Source: an uncultured virus (IMG/VR IMGVR_UViG_2061766007_000234)
Taxonomy: Duplodnaviria; Heunggongvirae; Uroviricota; Caudoviricetes
Strand: one strand, 5' to 3'
Virus record (IMG/VR): IMGVR_UViG_2061766007_000234
Length of the DNA: 64,000 nucleotides
The translations under genes and the position numbers were made by a program. The notes under the pieces were generated by a model. It was given only the letters and a program-made list of their open reading frames with translations. It was not told where the DNA came from and searched no databases. Below are positions 8,692 through 18,038 of the stretch, piece after piece (the first letter of the stretch is position 1; the number at the start of each line of letters is the position of its first letter).

Positions 8692-9336
8692 ATGAAAATT
8701 ATAGATTTAACAGGTCGAAAGTTTGGTAGACTTACAGTTACAAGTTTGAATCCTAAAAGAAACAAATACAAAAAGCTTTTATGGAATTGTAAATGTGATT
8801 GTGGTAATACTATAGTTGCAATAGGAAGTTTACTAAAAAGAGGCAATATAAAAAGTTGTGGCTGTTTATATAAAGAAACCAGACCTTTTGTAGCGCAAAA
8901 ACACAAAGGTAGTAAAACGAGATTATATTGTTTGTGGAATGGAATTAAAGCACGTTGTTTCAACAAAAACCACAAAGAATATAAATTTTATGGTGGAAAA
9001 GGTATAAAGATTTGTGAAGAATGGCTTGATTTCGATACATTCCGTAAATGGGCGTATAATAATGGTTATGAAGAATGTTTAACAATAGAGCGAAAAGATA
9101 TAAACAAAGATTATTGTCCCGAAAATTGTACTTGGATTACAAAAAGTGAACAAACATGGAACAAGTCAACAACAGTGAGAGTTTTCTATAAAAACAGATA
9201 TTTGACTATAAAGGAATTATCTGAAGAAACTGGACTTGGTGTAAATCTTCTAAGGTCAAGGATTCGACATCAAAAGTGGTCTGTTGAAAAAGCTGCAAGC
9301 GAACCTTTACGATTGCAAAAGGGGAAAAACTGCTAA
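8692..9336 (+). CDS. free-standing HNH-type homing endonuclease
   Basis: DLTGRKFGRLTV, WNCKCDCG, SCGC, YGGKGIKICEEW, TIERKD.N.DYCPENC.W; more AT-rich than neighbours. Confidence 0.85.
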   Translation: MKIIDLTGRKFGRLTVTSLNPKRNKYKKLLWNCKCDCGNTIVAIGSLLKRGNIKSCGCLYKETRPFVAQKHKGSKTRLYCLWNGIKARCFNKNHKEYKFYGGKGIKICEEWLDFDTFRKWAYNNGYEECLTIERKDINKDYCPENCTWITKSEQTWNKSTTVRVFYKNRYLTIKELSEETGLGVNLLRSRIRHQKWSVEKAASEPLRLQKGKNC

Positions 9337-10286
9337 TGAGTTTTGATTTTGGTCAAATCGGAAATATAATTTCGAAAGTCTGCGATGGAGATTACATAGA
9401 CATAAAGCGCGATATTGACGGCAAATTGCAGGAAGTCTACTCAAACATTCCGTGCCATGTCGCTTACGCTTCAACCGACAACCCAGACCCGAAAACCGTA
9501 GACATAAAACCGATTATACAGAGCATAACTGTACACTGTCAGCTTTACGTTGACATAAGGAACAATGATTTTATCGTAGCAAAGAAAATCGGCTCTGACG
9601 GCTCTCTTATCGCCACTTACAGCGGACGTTGCGGAAATCCTGTCGTAAGTCAAGGCAGAAAGAAAGTGCTCATGCAGATGAACGGAACTGAAAACGAAGA
9701 GCCGACACCAGTACCGCCGAAAGACAGTGCCGAAATCAGAATCAGCTTTGTTTCTGACGGCTCGGCTATACAGGATTCACAGACACGTAAAGCAGAAATC
9801 GGGAAGCCTTTTGAACTGCAAGCCCCTGCAATAGAGGGCTATGAAGCTGTAGAATGTTATATTGACGGCGTTTTCGTAGAGGGAACAACGGCAAGGATTG
9901 AAAGCGTTGAAAAGGACGCTGAAATCCAGTTCGTGTATGCGGTTTCGGATAAAGCCGATTATTTCCGATACCTTGTCTACGGTCTTTACACTAAAGATGA
10001 CGGCTCATTCTCTTCGGGCTGGCACTTATATAAAAAAATCAATATTGAAAATTACACGCTTGAGGGCGGCACATATATAATCACCTGCAAGGACGAAGTT
10101 ATAGAACACGCTGACGGCGGCCAGATGCTCCAGATTGAAGAAGGGGCGCGGATTGTCATCGGCAAAAACTATGCAGTGGTGAGCGAAGTAATTTCAAGGG
10201 AAAACGGCTCGGTAACATTTGCAGCCGAAACATTCACGCCCGATGAAGCGCAGGCAAAAGCCTATGCCTGCAACTGGTACGATTAA
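9336..10286 (+). CDS. head closure-like protein with MucBP-like C-terminal extension
   Basis: N-terminal VYSNIPC beta-barrel-like region in neck gene position; APAIEGYE...IQFVY MucBP-like repeat after a Pro linker. Confidence 0.55.
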   Translation: MSFDFGQIGNIISKVCDGDYIDIKRDIDGKLQEVYSNIPCHVAYASTDNPDPKTVDIKPIIQSITVHCQLYVDIRNNDFIVAKKIGSDGSLIATYSGRCGNPVVSQGRKKVLMQMNGTENEEPTPVPPKDSAEIRISFVSDGSAIQDSQTRKAEIGKPFELQAPAIEGYEAVECYIDGVFVEGTTARIESVEKDAEIQFVYAVSDKADYFRYLVYGLYTKDDGSFSSGWHLYKKINIENYTLEGGTYIITCKDEVIEHADGGQMLQIEEGARIVIGKNYAVVSEVISRENGSVTFAAETFTPDEAQAKAYACNWYD

Positions 10287-10705
10287 TGGGCTTTCTGGTT
10301 GACTTCTCACAGCTCGAAAAGTTCGTAAAGGACATGAAGATAACCGAAAGGGATTTCAACGGCTTTCTTGAAGATTTCCTTTACAGAATGGCTTTAGAAG
10401 TTCTAAGGGAAACAAGACCGAAAACACCAGTAGACACAGGCGCGTTAAAAAACGCATGGGCTTTGGGCAGTATCACATCTTCCGGCAGGGATATATCAAT
10501 CGAGATACTGAACCCTATGGAATACGCAACTGACATAGAATACGGACACAGGCTCGTAGCAGGCACAGGCGAAAAAAAAGTGGAAGTAGGCTGGTACGAC
10601 GGCAAGTTCATGCTGAAAACTTCGATTGACAACGTGCAGTCGAAGATGCCGGCAGCTTATGACATTGCATTCAAGAATTTCTGCAAACAGCACGGAATAG
10701 CTTAA
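10286..10705 (+). CDS. HK97 gp10-like tail completion protein
   Basis: TPVDTGALKNAW, NPMEYATDIEYGHR, GWYDGKFML. Confidence 0.9.
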   Translation: MGFLVDFSQLEKFVKDMKITERDFNGFLEDFLYRMALEVLRETRPKTPVDTGALKNAWALGSITSSGRDISIEILNPMEYATDIEYGHRLVAGTGEKKVEVGWYDGKFMLKTSIDNVQSKMPAAYDIAFKNFCKQHGIA

Positions 10706-10741
10706 TCTTGCAATAATTCGCAAATGCTGATAAATTGAATT

Positions 10742-10901
10742 AGACAGGCATCCTAAATCTGTCAGGACTTCATAGGAGGTCTCACCAGACTTTGGTATTG
10801 ATTGATACCACCACAGTCTAACAGTTTTCTTTTAAACTTTTCTTCCAGTTCAGTTTAAAGAAAATTTGCCTTGAGCGTTGCCGCGCTTAAGGCATTTTTT
10901 T
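10742..10901 (+). ncRNA. candidate stand-alone sRNA (four hairpins plus terminator)
   Basis: TTGCAA-17-TAAATT at 10708-10736, consecutive stems, terminator TGCCTTGAGCG/CGCTTAAGGCA plus T8; no credible ORF. Confidence 0.55.
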
Positions 10902-10949
10902 ACCTTAAAAAGTATAGCATTTTCTGCAAATATGAATTATAATATCCCC

Positions 10950-10995
10950 AGAACCTTAGAAGGTCGGATTTCTTGCGAAGTCCGACCTTTTTTTT
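10950..10995 (+). terminator. leader terminator overlapped by late-leader motif
   Basis: TATAAT 10938-10943; AGAACCTTAGAAGGTC then 13-bp stem AAGGTCGGATTTC/GAAGTCCGACCTT and T tract, immediately before tail genes. Confidence 0.8.
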
Positions 10996-11010
10996 GTTTT
11001 CGGTAGCTGA

Positions 11011-11472
11011 ATGACGGAGTTGAAAAGCGAGGAAGTAAAGAACGCGATAGCGGCAAGGCTCTTGCAGATTGCACCTGCGGCGGTCTATAAGGAAGCGGTC
11101 ACAGTACCGCTTTATCCGCACTTTTTCATTCATCTTCTTTCGGTTTCTGATGAAGAAGACAGAAAGAACTTTCATTTCCTTACTTATTCATTCGATTTAA
11201 GATACCGCGTTGCAAGCGATTCGAGCACGGATTTAAGGCTTCAGCAGAACTTGGATTCAGTTGCGCTCAAGCTTCTTTCGGGACTTAACATAATCGACTG
11301 CAATGACGTGAAGATTCGTATCGAAGACAAAAATTATGAAAAAACTGACGGCGTGCTTCACTTTTTCTGCAAGGTCAGAATGGCTGTTTATGATGAAGAC
11401 GAAACGGCAGACCATGTAAAGATGCAAAAACTTTTTGAAAACGTGGAGGTGGAGAATGCACTACAAGCATAA
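11011..11472 (+). CDS. tail terminator protein (XkdJ/DUF6838-like)
   Basis: VY.E.V....P.FFI, FDLRY, DGVLHFF; precedes sheath. Confidence 0.8.
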   Translation: MTELKSEEVKNAIAARLLQIAPAAVYKEAVTVPLYPHFFIHLLSVSDEEDRKNFHFLTYSFDLRYRVASDSSTDLRLQQNLDSVALKLLSGLNIIDCNDVKIRIEDKNYEKTDGVLHFFCKVRMAVYDEDETADHVKMQKLFENVEVENALQA

Positions 11473-11722
11473 ACCGACAATCATTGAAGCCATAGAGGTA
11501 CAGAAAAGAAATCTCATGGATATCGAAGATTTTGTCGGTGAAAACGTGGTGGTTGTATATGAAAAAGACAGACAGGGTAATGTCACATACACAATTACAC
11601 AAGTCGACAAAATTACTTTCAAGGTGTTCCCGAATGACTATCTTATCAAAAATAAGGACGGCATTTCATTCACAGTAATGAGCAAGGGCGACTTTGAATA
11701 CAATTACGAGGAGGCTGACTAA
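11456..11722 (+). CDS. hypothetical protein (PGDYG-like)
   Basis: Y.HKP..IEA and PNDYLIK...F...YEE pattern; GGAG upstream. Confidence 0.6.
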   Translation: MHYKHKPTIIEAIEVQKRNLMDIEDFVGENVVVVYEKDRQGNVTYTITQVDKITFKVFPNDYLIKNKDGISFTVMSKGDFEYNYEEAD

Positions 11723-13332
11723 TGGCTGGCGGAATATGGACGGCACAGAACGAGGTTCGTGCAGGTGCTTATATCAATTTTACACCGACAAGAAAGAACC
11801 CGATGACTGTCGGAGACAGGGGAATCGTAGCTTTGCCTGTCGAATTGCCGTGGGGCAAGGAAGGTGCGCTTATCGAAGTACTTTCTGAAGATTTTGCAAA
11901 CGGAATCGCAAGAAAGGATATCGGTCTTACAGTAGACAGTGACGGTACAAAACGAATCCGGGGCGCTTTGTCTTATGCGTACAAAGGTCTTCTTTACCGC
12001 ATGAACAAAGGCGGCGCAAAGGCAAGCCTGTCACTCGGCAGCCTTTATTGTGAAGCTGTTTATTCTGGTGAACTTGGAAACCGTATCAAGATTGCGGTTA
12101 TCGACAATGAGAACGATACTTACACAGTTATCACATATCTTGACGGTTCTGTTGTCGATTCACAGACAGTTGTGTCATTGCCCGAACTTTCGGCAAATCC
12201 TTATGTCTTGTTTAAGGAATACCAGAAGTTCAAGGTGACAATCGGCGGCACAGTTGCTACAGGCGATACATTTACAGTAGAGGGTGTTACCTATACAGCG
12301 ATTGAAGACGACACACCGGCACTTGTTGCGTCTGGTCTGGCGGCAGCCCTCAATGCGGATTCGACATTTACTGCAAAATATACAGCGGTTGTTTCAAACG
12401 GCAATGACATTCTTATTACACAGGTTGTTGCAGGTGTCGGAGCAAAACCGGAAGTTTCTGTTGAATCAACAGGCGCAACTATTACAGTTGTTGACGCAGA
12501 TACAGAATTTACACCGAATGCAGGTGCATCTCTTACCGGAGGCACAAACGGCACTTATACAGAATCTGACGCTTACACAGAGTTTCTTTCGCTTCTTACA
12601 ACAGCAAAATATCAGGTTGCAGCCTGTTTCTCTGACAGTGCCACTATTAAGGGCAAAATGCAGACATTCATCATGTCACAGCGTGACGATGAAGGCATTT
12701 ATGTTCAGTGTGTTGTCGGTGATTATGATGGCGCTGACAGCGAGGGAACAATCAACTCTGTTTCCGGCTGTACAATCAACGGCGAAGATTATGACAAATA
12801 CGATTTCGTATCTATTGCAGCCGGTATGACAGCAGGCGCACGTCTTAATCAGTCAAACACTGCAAGACAGATTATCGGTGCTACAAAGATTATCGGCGAG
12901 CTTGACAGCACGGGTATTAAGAAGGCTTTGCAGAACGGCAAGTTCCTTCTTTCTGCCTCAAGTTCCGGTAAAATCAAGGTTGAGCAGGATATTAACTCGC
13001 TGCACACATTCACAGCTGAACGTGACAAGAATTTCAGCAAGAACCGCGTAATCCGCACTCTTGACGAAATCGGCACAACCGTTAAGGAAACTTGGGAAGA
13101 TACTTACATGGGCAAGGTTGACAACAACACTATGGGACGCGACCTGTTCAAATCTGACCTTGTTGAATACGGAAACGAGCTTGCGCGCACTTCTGCAATC
13201 GAGGAGTTTGACGCTAACGATGACATCTCGGTTAAGAGAGGTAATGATGTGGATTCTGTTGTCGTAGACTGGCGCATTCAGCCTATTGATAGCATGGAGA
13301 AATTGTATCTCACGGTTATCGTGGCTAACTGA
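11722..13332 (+). CDS. tail sheath protein (XkdK-like) with inserted domain
   Basis: MAGG.W..QN.VR.GAYINF, L.GGTNG, EQDINS, FSKNRVIR.LD, DSMEKLY. Confidence 0.93.
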   Translation: MAGGIWTAQNEVRAGAYINFTPTRKNPMTVGDRGIVALPVELPWGKEGALIEVLSEDFANGIARKDIGLTVDSDGTKRIRGALSYAYKGLLYRMNKGGAKASLSLGSLYCEAVYSGELGNRIKIAVIDNENDTYTVITYLDGSVVDSQTVVSLPELSANPYVLFKEYQKFKVTIGGTVATGDTFTVEGVTYTAIEDDTPALVASGLAAALNADSTFTAKYTAVVSNGNDILITQVVAGVGAKPEVSVESTGATITVVDADTEFTPNAGASLTGGTNGTYTESDAYTEFLSLLTTAKYQVAACFSDSATIKGKMQTFIMSQRDDEGIYVQCVVGDYDGADSEGTINSVSGCTINGEDYDKYDFVSIAAGMTAGARLNQSNTARQIIGATKIIGELDSTGIKKALQNGKFLLSASSSGKIKVEQDINSLHTFTAERDKNFSKNRVIRTLDEIGTTVKETWEDTYMGKVDNNTMGRDLFKSDLVEYGNELARTSAIEEFDANDDISVKRGNDVDSVVVDWRIQPIDSMEKLYLTVIVAN

Positions 13333-13344
13333 TAAAACGGCTGT

Positions 13345-13374
13345 AGAACCTTCAAGGTCTGCCTAAATTGAAGG
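13345..13374 (+). promoter_or_regulatory. late-leader motif in SD-sequestering hairpin (tail tube)
   Basis: AGAACCTTCAAGGTCTG; CCTTCAA pairs with TTGAAGG covering the SD. Confidence 0.7.
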
Positions 13375-13386
13375 AGAAAAAGCCGA

Positions 13387-13845
13387 ATGTACATGAAGGC
13401 AAGAGATGCGATAAGCGGCAAAGAAGGCTCGCTTTACGCAACTATAGACGGTAAAGTTTTAGAGGTTGCGGAGTGCAAAAGCATTAACGCAAAAATCACA
13501 AAGAATAAAGCTGAATTTAAGGCTTTGGGCTACCGCGGAACACAGCACAAGGCGACAGGCTGGAGCGGTACAGGTACTCTTGTTATCCATTACGCAAGTT
13601 CACGCTGGACTAAGATGATGATGGATTACATCAGAACCGGCAAAGACGTTTATTTCAAGCTTCAGATTACAAACGATGATCCGACTTCTCAAATCGGCAA
13701 GCAGCGCATTACGCTGATTGACGTAAATCTTGACGAAGCGGAAATTGCAAAACTGGACGTAGATTCAGACATTCTTGACGAATCTATGAACTTTACATTC
13801 AGTGACGCTATCCTGAACGAAGAATTCTCAGCACTTAAGGAGTAA
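13387..13845 (+). CDS. tail tube protein (XkdM-like)
   Basis: DAISGKEG, HKATGWSGTGTL, QITNDDPTS.IG.Q, FTFSD. Confidence 0.93.
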   Translation: MYMKARDAISGKEGSLYATIDGKVLEVAECKSINAKITKNKAEFKALGYRGTQHKATGWSGTGTLVIHYASSRWTKMMMDYIRTGKDVYFKLQITNDDPTSQIGKQRITLIDVNLDEAEIAKLDVDSDILDESMNFTFSDAILNEEFSALKE

Positions 13846-13852
13846 TTAATTT

Positions 13853-14245
13853 ATGAGTTCATTAGATGATTTTCTGGCATTGGACGATGTTAAGGACATT
13901 TCACAGTCTGTGCAGGAACGTATTAACGGCAAAGTTTTTGATTTTGAAATCCGTCCGCTTACAGCTGACGAACACAAAGAGTTTCAGAAACGCTCGTATA
14001 CAATCGGCACAAAAGGCAAGGTTTCTTTCGATGTAATGAAATACAAAATGCTTGAAGTCTTGAACTGTGTAATTACGCCTGATTTTTCCGATGCCGATTT
14101 TCTGGCAAAGGCAAAATGCACATCGGCAGAAGAGTTTTATACAAAAAAGATTCCTGCCGGTGTTATCGCCGACTTAAGCGAAAAGATAGAAGCACTTTCG
14201 GGCTTTGATTCTTACGAAATGGAAGTTGACGAAGCAAAAAACTGA
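13853..14245 (+). CDS. tail assembly chaperone (XkdN-like)
   Basis: V..PDF.D, LSGFD, ends EAKN; between tube and tape measure. Confidence 0.88.
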   Translation: MSSLDDFLALDDVKDISQSVQERINGKVFDFEIRPLTADEHKEFQKRSYTIGTKGKVSFDVMKYKMLEVLNCVITPDFSDADFLAKAKCTSAEEFYTKKIPAGVIADLSEKIEALSGFDSYEMEVDEAKN

Positions 14246-14412
14246 TTGAAGAGGACGGCGAGGCAATTTACTGCATGTACGCCGTTCTCAACTTTCACTG
14301 GACGCCGAAACAGTTTTTCGGCATGTCACGCCGAGAGCGTGCATTTGTAATCGCCTGTATAGATAAGAGGGTAAAGGCAGAAGAAGAAGAACTTCGGAAG
14401 TCAAAGAAATAG
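14236..14412 (+). CDS. -1 frameshift extension of tail assembly chaperone (gpGT-like)
   Basis: Slippery A AAA AAC at 14236-14242; -1 frame open as LIEEDGEAIYCMYAV...ERAFVIACID...KSKK to TAG 14410-14412. Confidence 0.8.
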   Translation, partial: KKLIEEDGEAIYCMYAVLNFHWTPKQFFGMSRRERAFVIACIDKRVKAEEEELRKSKK

Positions 14413-14413
14413 A

Positions 14414-16249
14414 ATGGCACAGATAACAACAGCATTCGGTTTTAAAGACAATATTTCATCTAGCCTTAATATGCTCAACAGAACGCTTCAGGAGCTTAAC
14501 AAATCTCTTAACGCCACAAAAGGTGGTGCAGGCGAAGCAAGTCAAGGGCTGGACAAGCTCGGCGGAAAAGCTGGCAGCGTTTCGACAAAGCTCCTCAATT
14601 TCAATATGGCAACTCAAGCTTTCCGAGCCGTAAAAGGTGCGGTCGATTCAGTAACCAGAAGCATGGGTGAAATGTCGGCTGCATACAACTTTCAGATGGA
14701 ACAAGAAACAAAACTTGAGACCGTAATGAAAAACCACATGAAAGCAAGTACCGCGCAGATACAGTCTGTAAAGGACTATGCAAGCGAATTGCAGAAATCT
14801 GGTATATACGGCGATGAGATGATTTTGCAGGGCGCACAGGAGCTTGCTACCTATGTTGAAGACCCCGAAGTGCTTAAACAATTAATGCCGACACTCAACT
14901 CAATGCTTGCGCAGGGCGTGGGCATGAACGCAACCTCAAGGGATATGCAGTCTTATGCGACAATGCTCGGAAAGGTAATGCAGGGGCAGGTCGGCGGCAT
15001 GTCTAAGCGCGGTTATAAATTCACCGAAGCCGAAGAAGAGATACTCAAGACAGGCACGGAATTGCAGAAATTGCAGGTATTGCAGAATAATGTTTTGGGC
15101 AATTTCGGCGACATGAATAAAGCTCTTGCACAGACACCGCAGGGGCAGATAATTCAGCTTAACAACAGAATAGGCGACCTAAAAGAAGATATAGGCAAGG
15201 CTTTAATTCCTTTTAACCAATTATTCTCAATAGCAACATCAAACTGGAAAATAACTTTTTATGAAACGATAATAAAGGGCTTGAATCTGCTTAGACAGAA
15301 CATCGACAAAGTTATGACGGTTATGACTTTGTTAGGCATTGCCGCTATTGCTTTAGCAGGGTATTTCGTATATCTAAAGGCAACTGCAATATCTACGGCA
15401 GTAGCTACAGCTGTTGCATGGATAAGTGCTCATCTAACAATAATTGCAGTTGTTGCTGTTATAGGCATAGCAATAGTTGGATTGATTTATGTACTTTCTA
15501 AATTAGTCGGAGCGGCGAATGTATTAGGTGCTGTTTTCGGTGGTGTTTTCGGATTTATAAAAACAATAATAGTTGATACCTTCAAAAGTGCTTATAACAT
15601 GGTTGTTCCTATTATCAACCAGTTTTTAACGGTGGCAGAGTTTTTTTATAACGTATGGAAACATCCGATTGATTCATTGAAAGCCTTGTTTTTCAATTTT
15701 GTCAGCAGCATTATTGACATGATTGGACCGATTAGTGGTGCTATAGACGGCTTGCTTGGAACACATTTAACAACCGCGGTCAACGGCATGAAGAAAGGCA
15801 TTGAAAACGCAAAAAAAAGTGCAGTCAGTGATGATTATAAATCTATAAAACGCCTCGGTTTCATGCAGACAGAAGGTATCGTACAAGGCACTGTGAAAGG
15901 TGCGCAATACGGCATGGATAAGGCAAATGAATTGAACGATTTTATTAAAAATTTTGATAAAAATAGTTTAATTCCAAACTCGCCTGCAATCGAGGGGCTT
16001 GACTTCCAGACGGATTCAAGCGGCGCACTCGTAACGGCTGACAAAAATGTATTGGAGCTTTCGGACGAATACAAGACGCTTCTTTCCGAGCAGGCTAGAA
16101 AGAAGTTCAACCTCTCATTCACGCAGATGACACCGAAAGTTGATTTCGGCGATGTAATTATGAACAATGCCGCGGACGGCGAATCATTGCTTGAGGCTCT
16201 TGCAGAAGGTCTTGAGCGCGTGGCAACTTCACAGCTTAGGAGTGCATAA
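14414..16249 (+). CDS. tape measure protein
   Basis: Long helical protein with central hydrophobic segments, after chaperone. Confidence 0.9.
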   Translation: MAQITTAFGFKDNISSSLNMLNRTLQELNKSLNATKGGAGEASQGLDKLGGKAGSVSTKLLNFNMATQAFRAVKGAVDSVTRSMGEMSAAYNFQMEQETKLETVMKNHMKASTAQIQSVKDYASELQKSGIYGDEMILQGAQELATYVEDPEVLKQLMPTLNSMLAQGVGMNATSRDMQSYATMLGKVMQGQVGGMSKRGYKFTEAEEEILKTGTELQKLQVLQNNVLGNFGDMNKALAQTPQGQIIQLNNRIGDLKEDIGKALIPFNQLFSIATSNWKITFYETIIKGLNLLRQNIDKVMTVMTLLGIAAIALAGYFVYLKATAISTAVATAVAWISAHLTIIAVVAVIGIAIVGLIYVLSKLVGAANVLGAVFGGVFGFIKTIIVDTFKSAYNMVVPIINQFLTVAEFFYNVWKHPIDSLKALFFNFVSSIIDMIGPISGAIDGLLGTHLTTAVNGMKKGIENAKKSAVSDDYKSIKRLGFMQTEGIVQGTVKGAQYGMDKANELNDFIKNFDKNSLIPNSPAIEGLDFQTDSSGALVTADKNVLELSDEYKTLLSEQARKKFNLSFTQMTPKVDFGDVIMNNAADGESLLEALAEGLERVATSQLRSA

Positions 16250-16989
16250 TGATTGAAATAGACGATTTTATCCCGATTTATATGTCGCTCCAATATGACG
16301 GCAACCTTATGAAGTTTCCGATTAATCCCGAGAAGCTCTCCATTTCATGCCCGTCAAATTCAGATAAGGCAACAGTGGAGAAGCTCGGCGAGGTAAGTAT
16401 ACAGAAAGTTCCGGGGCTAAAGACTTTCAATATAAGCTCATTTTTCTGGACGGCTGTCAGCACAGAATCTGCAAGCACTTATGTTTCATGGCTTTTGAAC
16501 TGGCAGAAAAGCGGCAAAAAAGCAAACTTCATAATGACTAAGCTCAACTTCACTATGGCAGTAACTTGCGAGAACTTTGAATACGAGATAAGAGCCGGTG
16601 AAGAAAATGACGTTTACTTTACACTTGAATTGCAGGAATACAGAAAATTCGGAGCAAGGCGTTTAGGTGATACGTCAACAATGCTCAATATTTTCGACCA
16701 GCTTACAGACAAGCTTTCAGGGCTTACAGTAGCACCGTCTGTACTGGTAGAAGTTCCGCGGCTCGACAGGCTTTCTATTTCGCAGAGAATTATAGAATCG
16801 CCTTATATAACAACAGAGCTTGATACTCTGACAGGTATAACAAAGAAGCTTACAGGCTCAACGGAAAAGTGGCAGGAACTTTACGAAAAGAACGTAAAGA
16901 AAATAGGTACGGAGCTTCTGCCGAATATGGCTCTTGAGATTCCCGAAAGCTGGATTTCAGCGACACATAATATATTCAGCTGGGGTTAG
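16249..16989 (+). CDS. tail tube initiator (XkdP-like, LysM-like C-terminus)
   Basis: FPINPE, LGEV, ISSFF, DVYFTLEL.EYR; DTL..I..K..G....W.ELYE.N. Confidence 0.8.
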   Translation: MIEIDDFIPIYMSLQYDGNLMKFPINPEKLSISCPSNSDKATVEKLGEVSIQKVPGLKTFNISSFFWTAVSTESASTYVSWLLNWQKSGKKANFIMTKLNFTMAVTCENFEYEIRAGEENDVYFTLELQEYRKFGARRLGDTSTMLNIFDQLTDKLSGLTVAPSVLVEVPRLDRLSISQRIIESPYITTELDTLTGITKKLTGSTEKWQELYEKNVKKIGTELLPNMALEIPESWISATHNIFSWG

Positions 16990-16991
16990 CA

Positions 16992-18038
16992 ATGGTACGC
17001 ATGTACGTAACGGAAAGTGTTTCGCAGGAAAGTTTCGATGTGACTGAACTTCTTGTCAAGGCTTCCTATACTACGACAATAACAGGGCAGGCAGGGCAGT
17101 TATCTTTTACGCTGAAAAGAGACCCGAATAACGTGCTTAAGGTGTCTTTAGGTTCTTTAGTGTGTTTCTGGTCGAATGATACAAAAGTTTTCAAGGGTTA
17201 TATGTTCAAAATAGAGACTTCTGAAAAAGAAGAATACGACATTTTGGCTTATGATACCATGAGATATTTGCAGAACCATGACTACTATTTTATAGAGGGC
17301 GGCAAGAAAACTTTCATGCAGTTCTTTTCTGATATATGCGGTGCTATAAATGTACCGTGGACGCTCGGAATGGGAGTTGCGCCGCCTATGGACATGCTGA
17401 CACAGCAGTTTTTTGCCGACAAGTCATATTTTGATATGATTGAGCATTATATAGACGAAATGAACACGAAGAACACGCGGACAAGATATTTCCTGCGCGA
17501 CAACTTCGGCAAGCTTGAGCTAAATGAAATAACGGCTGCTTTCAATTTCGGGCTAGACGGCATATTAGGCGGCAGTCCGCTTGTTATCGGTGATAAGTCG
17601 CTTTTGACAGGCTATCACTACGGTATGGATATAGACACGAACACTTATAACGAAGTGTTCCTTATGGCAGAAAGTGACGAACAGGGAAGCGATGGCTCTA
17701 AGGGTAAGCATATTGCCTATGCAGAGAACGAGCAGAGGGCTATAGACAGATACGGCTTGCTTAGAAAAATAGAAACCGTCCAGAAAGGTATGACAGAAGC
17801 GCAGATTCAGAATTATGCAAAGCTTCTGCTTGATGTCGGGAAGCAGCCGACAAAATCAATGAACCTTAAGGCGATAGGCTTTGACGGTATTTATGCAGGC
17901 GCAGGCTTTGTAATGTGGCTTGAAAAGCTTCATATAGCTTCAAACATGTATGTCATAACGGCGACACATGATTATGAAGGCGGCAATCATACAATGTCAC
18001 TGGACGTTGAGGCAACGGAGGTAACGGAGATTCTATGA
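16992..18038 (+). CDS. baseplate hub protein (XkdQ-like)
   Basis: AYD.MRYL.N, LRDNFGKL, I.RYGLL, H.M.LD. Confidence 0.85.
   Translation: MVRMYVTESVSQESFDVTELLVKASYTTTITGQAGQLSFTLKRDPNNVLKVSLGSLVCFWSNDTKVFKGYMFKIETSEKEEYDILAYDTMRYLQNHDYYFIEGGKKTFMQFFSDICGAINVPWTLGMGVAPPMDMLTQQFFADKSYFDMIEHYIDEMNTKNTRTRYFLRDNFGKLELNEITAAFNFGLDGILGGSPLVIGDKSLLTGYHYGMDIDTNTYNEVFLMAESDEQGSDGSKGKHIAYAENEQRAIDRYGLLRKIETVQKGMTEAQIQNYAKLLLDVGKQPTKSMNLKAIGFDGIYAGAGFVMWLEKLHIASNMYVITATHDYEGGNHTMSLDVEATEVTEIL

Noticed and set aside
9301..9325. Seventh late-leader motif (GAACCTTTACG) before the neck gene
   Set aside because: Only the first half matches and it lies in HNH coding sequence; kept out of the count
8588..9336. 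Group I intron or intein around the HNH gene
   Set aside because: Flanking genes look complete and the non-coding flanks are too short for a ribozyme core
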